From Phycisphaerae bacterium (GTDB lineage: Bacteria; Planctomycetota; Phycisphaerae; UBA1845; Fen-1342), in NCBI GenBank assembly GCA_963675745.2, contig CAXXWX010000006.1, positions 128,001 through 192,000 on the forward strand: DNA of 64,000 nt, read 5' to 3'. The translations under genes and the position numbers were made by a program. A model generated the notes under the pieces. That model saw only the letters and a program-made list of their open reading frames with translations. It did no database searches and had not been told where the DNA came from. This document shows, one piece after another, positions 60,283-64,000 of the stretch. How positions within the stretch are numbered: the stretch's first letter is position 1; every line of letters starts with the position of its first letter.

Positions 60283-61779
60283 CTAAATTCCGTACAGCGG
60301 GCCGAACTTGGCGCGCAGATACGCCATGAACGGCTTGGCCGTAAGACCCTCGCCCGTGACGACCTCGGCCAACTCGTTGGCGCGGTAGCGCATGCCGTGC
60401 TTGTGGATGTTGTCGCGCAGCCACTCGCGCAGCGGCCCCAACTCGCCGCGGCGGATCTGGTCATCCAGATCGGGCAGGGCCTGCTTTGCAGCCGCAAAGA
60501 ACTGCGCTGCGTACAAATTCCCCAACTGATAGGTCGGGAAATAGCCGAAGATGCCCATGCTCCAGTGGATGTCCTGCAAGCACCCCTGGGCGTTGTCCGG
60601 CGGCGTGATGCCGACGTATTCCTCGAACAGACTGTTCCACTTGTCCGGAACGTCGCGGGTGGCGAGTTTGCCCGCGATCATCTGCCGCTCGATGTTGAAA
60701 CGCAGCATGATGTGCAGGCCATACGTAACCTCGTCGGCCTCGACGCGGATCAAGCTTGGGCGGACGTTGTTGATCGCAAAATGGAACGCGGGCAACGGCA
60801 CATCCGCCATGACCGGGAAAGTGCGCTGGAAGTCCGCGTAGAAATGTTCCCAGAAAGGCAGGCTGCGACCGACCTGGTTCTCCCAGAGCCGTGATTGGGA
60901 TTCGTGAATGCCCAGCGAAACACTGCTGCACATCGGCGTCCCGGTGTGCTGCGGATCGAGCCCCTGCTCATAGAGCCCGTGTCCGGCCTCGTGCATGGTG
61001 CCGAACAGCGCCATGGGGAAGTAATTCCGGTCATAGCGCGTTGTCAGGCGGACGTCGTTGGGTGTCGCCCCCGAACAGAAGGGATGCACGGCCACATCCA
61101 GACGACCCGCCTCTTTGTCGAAAGTCATCGCGTCGAGCACGCGACGGCCGAACTCCTGCTGTTTGTCCACCGGGCAGTCGCGTTTCAGAATCTCCAGATC
61201 AGGCTGGCGGGGTGCGTCCTTGATCGCCGCGACCAACGGCACCAGATCCTCTTTCAAATCATCGAAGACGGCCTGTACGTCCGCGGCTCGCGCCCCCGGC
61301 TCATACTCATCCATCAGCGCGTCGTACGGCTCCGTGTCCCAGCCGATCTTGTCGGCGACCTCGCGTTTCAGATCGAGCAGCTTGTCGAGGTGCGGTGCGA
61401 ACTGGTCGAAGTCAGAATCGGCCCGGGCCTTGGCCCAGGCGGCCTGAGCGAGAGAGGTGGCCTTGGCGATGTCCTTCACGAGCTGAGTAGGCAGCTTCAC
61501 GTCGCGGTCATAGATGCGGCGGGTCTCGCGCAGATTGGTCCGCACCACGAAGTCGTCGTCCTCTTCCTGTTCGGCTTTGGCCAACAGGCTGCCAAGCTCG
61601 GGGCTGGTCTGCTTGTCATGGGCTATGCCGGCAATCAACGCGAGCTGGTTCGCCCGGTTGGCGGAGGCTTTCTTGGGCATGTAGGTTTCCTGATCCCAGC
61701 CCAGCAAAGCGCCAACCTGCTGCACGGTGGCGACGTCCTTGACCAGTCTGATCAGTTGTTCGTAGGTTTCACTTGGCAC
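60283..61779 (-). CDS. Carboxypeptidase, family M32 (Taq-like)
   Basis: WDQETYMP, HPF, HEAGHGLYEQG, HESQSR, IRVEADE, GCLQDIHW, GYFPTY. GGAGG precedes GTG 61779. Confidence 0.95.
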   Translation of the reverse strand: MPSETYEQLIRLVKDVATVQQVGALLGWDQETYMPKKASANRANQLALIAGIAHDKQTSPELGSLLAKAEQEEDDDFVVRTNLRETRRIYDRDVKLPTQLVKDIAKATSLAQAAWAKARADSDFDQFAPHLDKLLDLKREVADKIGWDTEPYDALMDEYEPGARAADVQAVFDDLKEDLVPLVAAIKDAPRQPDLEILKRDCPVDKQQEFGRRVLDAMTFDKEAGRLDVAVHPFCSGATPNDVRLTTRYDRNYFPMALFGTMHEAGHGLYEQGLDPQHTGTPMCSSVSLGIHESQSRLWENQVGRSLPFWEHFYADFQRTFPVMADVPLPAFHFAINNVRPSLIRVEADEVTYGLHIMLRFNIERQMIAGKLATRDVPDKWNSLFEEYVGITPPDNAQGCLQDIHWSMGIFGYFPTYQLGNLYAAQFFAAAKQALPDLDDQIRRGELGPLREWLRDNIHKHGMRYRANELAEVVTGEGLTAKPFMAYLRAKFGPLYGI

Positions 61780-61869
61780 GGGGGGTCCTCCACTCGCCTG
61801 ATCCTGATGAACCGGAACCGCCATCTTATCAATCCGGTGAAGCCGGGTACAGGCATGCCGCGGCGGGGG

Positions 61870-62250
61870 TCACTCATCGTTGCGGGGTGCAAAACTGCAG
61901 ACCAGCCCGCCGGCCGGCGCGCGAGTGATCCGCATGTGGCCGCGCAGCAGCGCGCCGGCCAGCTCGGCGTCGAGGGTGTCGGTGGCATAATGCTCCACTG
62001 ACGCGCGGCCACTATCCAACCGGCGCACATGTCCGCGGTCGCCGCTCAATTCGCCCTCGAAATCAAGGTACACCCGGCGGTGGTCGTGGATGCGCTCGGC
62101 GGGGATCGGCTCGGAGGTCGTCAGCGGATTATGCGCCAGACGCCATGTCGCCAGCAGCGGCAGCGCCGGCACCTCGAACAGAACATCCCAGTGGATGCCA
62201 GGGTCCGGCACCGAAGATCCGGTCGTATCGTGTTCGAGGACAACGAACAT
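61870..62250 (-). CDS. Stand-alone LigD N-terminal 3'-phosphoesterase-like domain
   Basis: FVVLEH, HWDVLFE, TWRL, DHRRVYLDFEG. Confidence 0.75.
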   Translation of the reverse strand: MFVVLEHDTTGSSVPDPGIHWDVLFEVPALPLLATWRLAHNPLTTSEPIPAERIHDHRRVYLDFEGELSGDRGHVRRLDSGRASVEHYATDTLDAELAGALLRGHMRITRAPAGGLVCSFAPRNDE

Positions 62251-62298
62251 GCGGCCTTCCAGTTCGCCGGGCGCATTGTCCGGGCGGGCCCGCCGCCG

Positions 62299-62892
62299 TC
62301 AGTGGGAAATGGGCTCGGCCTCGCCGAAGAGTCTGTCGATCTCGCGTGACAGCTCGATGGCCTGGCCCGCGTTATCGCGCACGTGCAGAACGCCCGCGAA
62401 CTCCAGGGGGCCGAGCAACTCCGGCGCAACGCCAAGCTGGGCCACGGGTTGCAGCAGTGACCGCTCGAGCTTGACCTTCAGTCTGTTGCCGGACCTGCTC
62501 CTCTTCGGGTATGCGAAGCCGGTCCCGCGATATACCGCGTGTCCCTCGTCGGACAGGACGACGTAGCGCAGTGTGGCGTTGGTCATGGAGCTGTGAGCGA
62601 AGGTCTTGCCCGGGCGTGGGCGCCAGAACATGTGAATGTGCAACAATTCGCGAACAGCGCCGGTGACGCGCGAGGCCATGGTGGCTTCGGCGAGAATCTG
62701 GTAGTCGCCGTTTCCACAGGCCTGGTATACGCAGTCAGTGATCTCGATCTGGTAGCCGGCAAGTGTCGAGGCGTGATCCCGTACGAGCACGTTTATCGAC
62801 GACCGGTTGTCGGTACAGGCGGAGCAACTGACCAGCAGGGCGGCTGCGCCGAGCAGGCAGAGGTGACGGCATTGGCGGCGACGATCAATCAT
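62299..62892 (-). CDS. Hypothetical (lipo)protein
   Basis: Signal peptide with Cys (LLVSCSAC). Overlaps the amidohydrolase stop, consistent with an operon. Confidence 0.65.
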   Translation of the reverse strand: MIDRRRQCRHLCLLGAAALLVSCSACTDNRSSINVLVRDHASTLAGYQIEITDCVYQACGNGDYQILAEATMASRVTGAVRELLHIHMFWRPRPGKTFAHSSMTNATLRYVVLSDEGHAVYRGTGFAYPKRSRSGNRLKVKLERSLLQPVAQLGVAPELLGPLEFAGVLHVRDNAGQAIELSREIDRLFGEAEPISH

Positions 62893-63760
62893 CGTCGGTC
62901 AGTATCGATTGTCTACGCGGCCGACTGGAACCAAGGGTGTGCTCGATGCCGAGCAATTCGAGCGCGTCACGCTCGACGATGCCGCGCAACTGCTCACGCG
63001 GGATGGTGATCAGGTTGGTGCCATGGCTGACCTGGTTGACTGAATACAGCGCCTCGATGCCCGCCGCCGGCGAGCGATATGGGAAGTCGCTGCCGAACAG
63101 CAACTTGTCCATCACGCCGTATTCGTAGGCCGCCAGCAGGGTGTTGTAGGCCAGCCAGGGACGCCGCAGCAGTCCGGCGATGTCGGCGTACACGTGTTGA
63201 TGCTTGCTCAGGACCGCGATGGCCTCTTCCGCCCAGGGGCAGCCCAGGTGCGACATCACGATGCGCAAGTCGGGAAACTCGCGGGCGACCTCATCAATCA
63301 GCAGCGGGCGCGCGAATTCCATTTTCGCCGACGGGCAGCGCAGGCTCTGGTCGACAAACACCGGCAGGCCGCGTTCCGCGCACGCCTCGTACAGCCGCAT
63401 AGCTTGCGTCGCGGCCGGGTGATAGTTCTGCATGGGCGGGGAGATGGTCACGCCCTTGAGCTGGAGCTCCTCCTGAGCGGCGCGCACCTGCCCGATACAG
63501 TCGGCATCGTTCGGATCGATCCCCGCAAAGCCGATCATCTTCTGTGAGTAGCGCTTGACGTATCCGGCGACGAAGTCGTTAGGGATCTCGGCATCCAGGT
63601 ATCGGCTGGTGAGTCCGTGGACGATCGCCAGATCAACGGGGGCGACCGCCGCGAGATGCCGCTCAGCGTCGGCGTGCAACGGCCGAGCTTCCTCGACGCG
63701 CACGGTGCGTCCAAGCCAGTCCAGCGAATCCCATACCTGCGTGTGACAGTCGACGATCAT
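62885..63760 (-). CDS. Amidohydrolase family protein (Amidohydro_2)
   Basis: IVDCHT, GFAGIDP, FPDLRIVMSHLG, KLLFGSDFP. Confidence 0.9.
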   Translation of the reverse strand: MIVDCHTQVWDSLDWLGRTVRVEEARPLHADAERHLAAVAPVDLAIVHGLTSRYLDAEIPNDFVAGYVKRYSQKMIGFAGIDPNDADCIGQVRAAQEELQLKGVTISPPMQNYHPAATQAMRLYEACAERGLPVFVDQSLRCPSAKMEFARPLLIDEVAREFPDLRIVMSHLGCPWAEEAIAVLSKHQHVYADIAGLLRRPWLAYNTLLAAYEYGVMDKLLFGSDFPYRSPAAGIEALYSVNQVSHGTNLITIPREQLRGIVERDALELLGIEHTLGSSRPRRQSILTDDD

Positions 63761-64000
63761 GTTCGGCGATCAGTGTCTCCGCGAATTCACGACCGTGGCT
63801 ACATGCCCGGTGTGCCGCCGCGGACCGCGTTCATCGGAGGTTCGGCTGCATCCCCGACTCCGCCACCGCTGCGCACGGCGCTCGATATTGATGGCGCGCG
63901 CACTCGCGACTCGGGATTGACCGCGCGCTGCCCACGCCCCACATGCTACCTTGCCGCAGGCGCGGCGGTCAAGCATCCGGGTTGTGATCGTCCGTGTTGG

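Noticed and set aside
63770..64000. 68-aa ORF at the window end
   Set aside because: Arg/Ala-rich with no motif; likely the upstream region of the amidohydrolase gene.

Overview
GC-rich bacterial chromosomal segment. I infer a Planctomycetota (Phycisphaerae-like) origin from the DUF1570-type protein, PEP-CTERM protein, sulfatase, zinc-ribbon membrane proteins, HU variant and repeat types. Most of the window is housekeeping or metabolic: trkA (partial), sucAB, pckA, tadA, pyrH, purM, hutI, hutH, nadA, lepA, scpB, cinA, tRNA-Leu(TAA), an Nfu-like protein and an M32 peptidase. The less ordinary parts are: (1) a four-gene Hmc/Hyb-like membrane redox operon with a NrfD-hexaheme fusion and a 23-heme cytochrome but no catalytic subunit; (2) a ~2-kb segment bounded by perfect 23-bp inverted repeats that carries a zinc-ribbon rhomboid protease plus an in-frame duplicate of the neighbouring PEP-CTERM gene's 3' end; (3) a HerA-type ATPase with no nuclease or sirtuin partner, convergent with an unknown large P-loop ATPase; (4) a rod-shaped, possibly 6S-like RNA between trkA and sucA; (5) several REP/REPIN-like families whose ends are tandemly 'stuttered'; (6) a short-variable-arm tRNA-Leu, a Nudix fused to a helical sensor-like domain, and a degenerate HD protein. 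I saw no transposase, integrase, reverse transcriptase, cas gene or CRISPR array. All family calls come from motifs recognised by eye; no database searches were run. Start codons were often trimmed from the ORF track using SD motifs or family N-termini.
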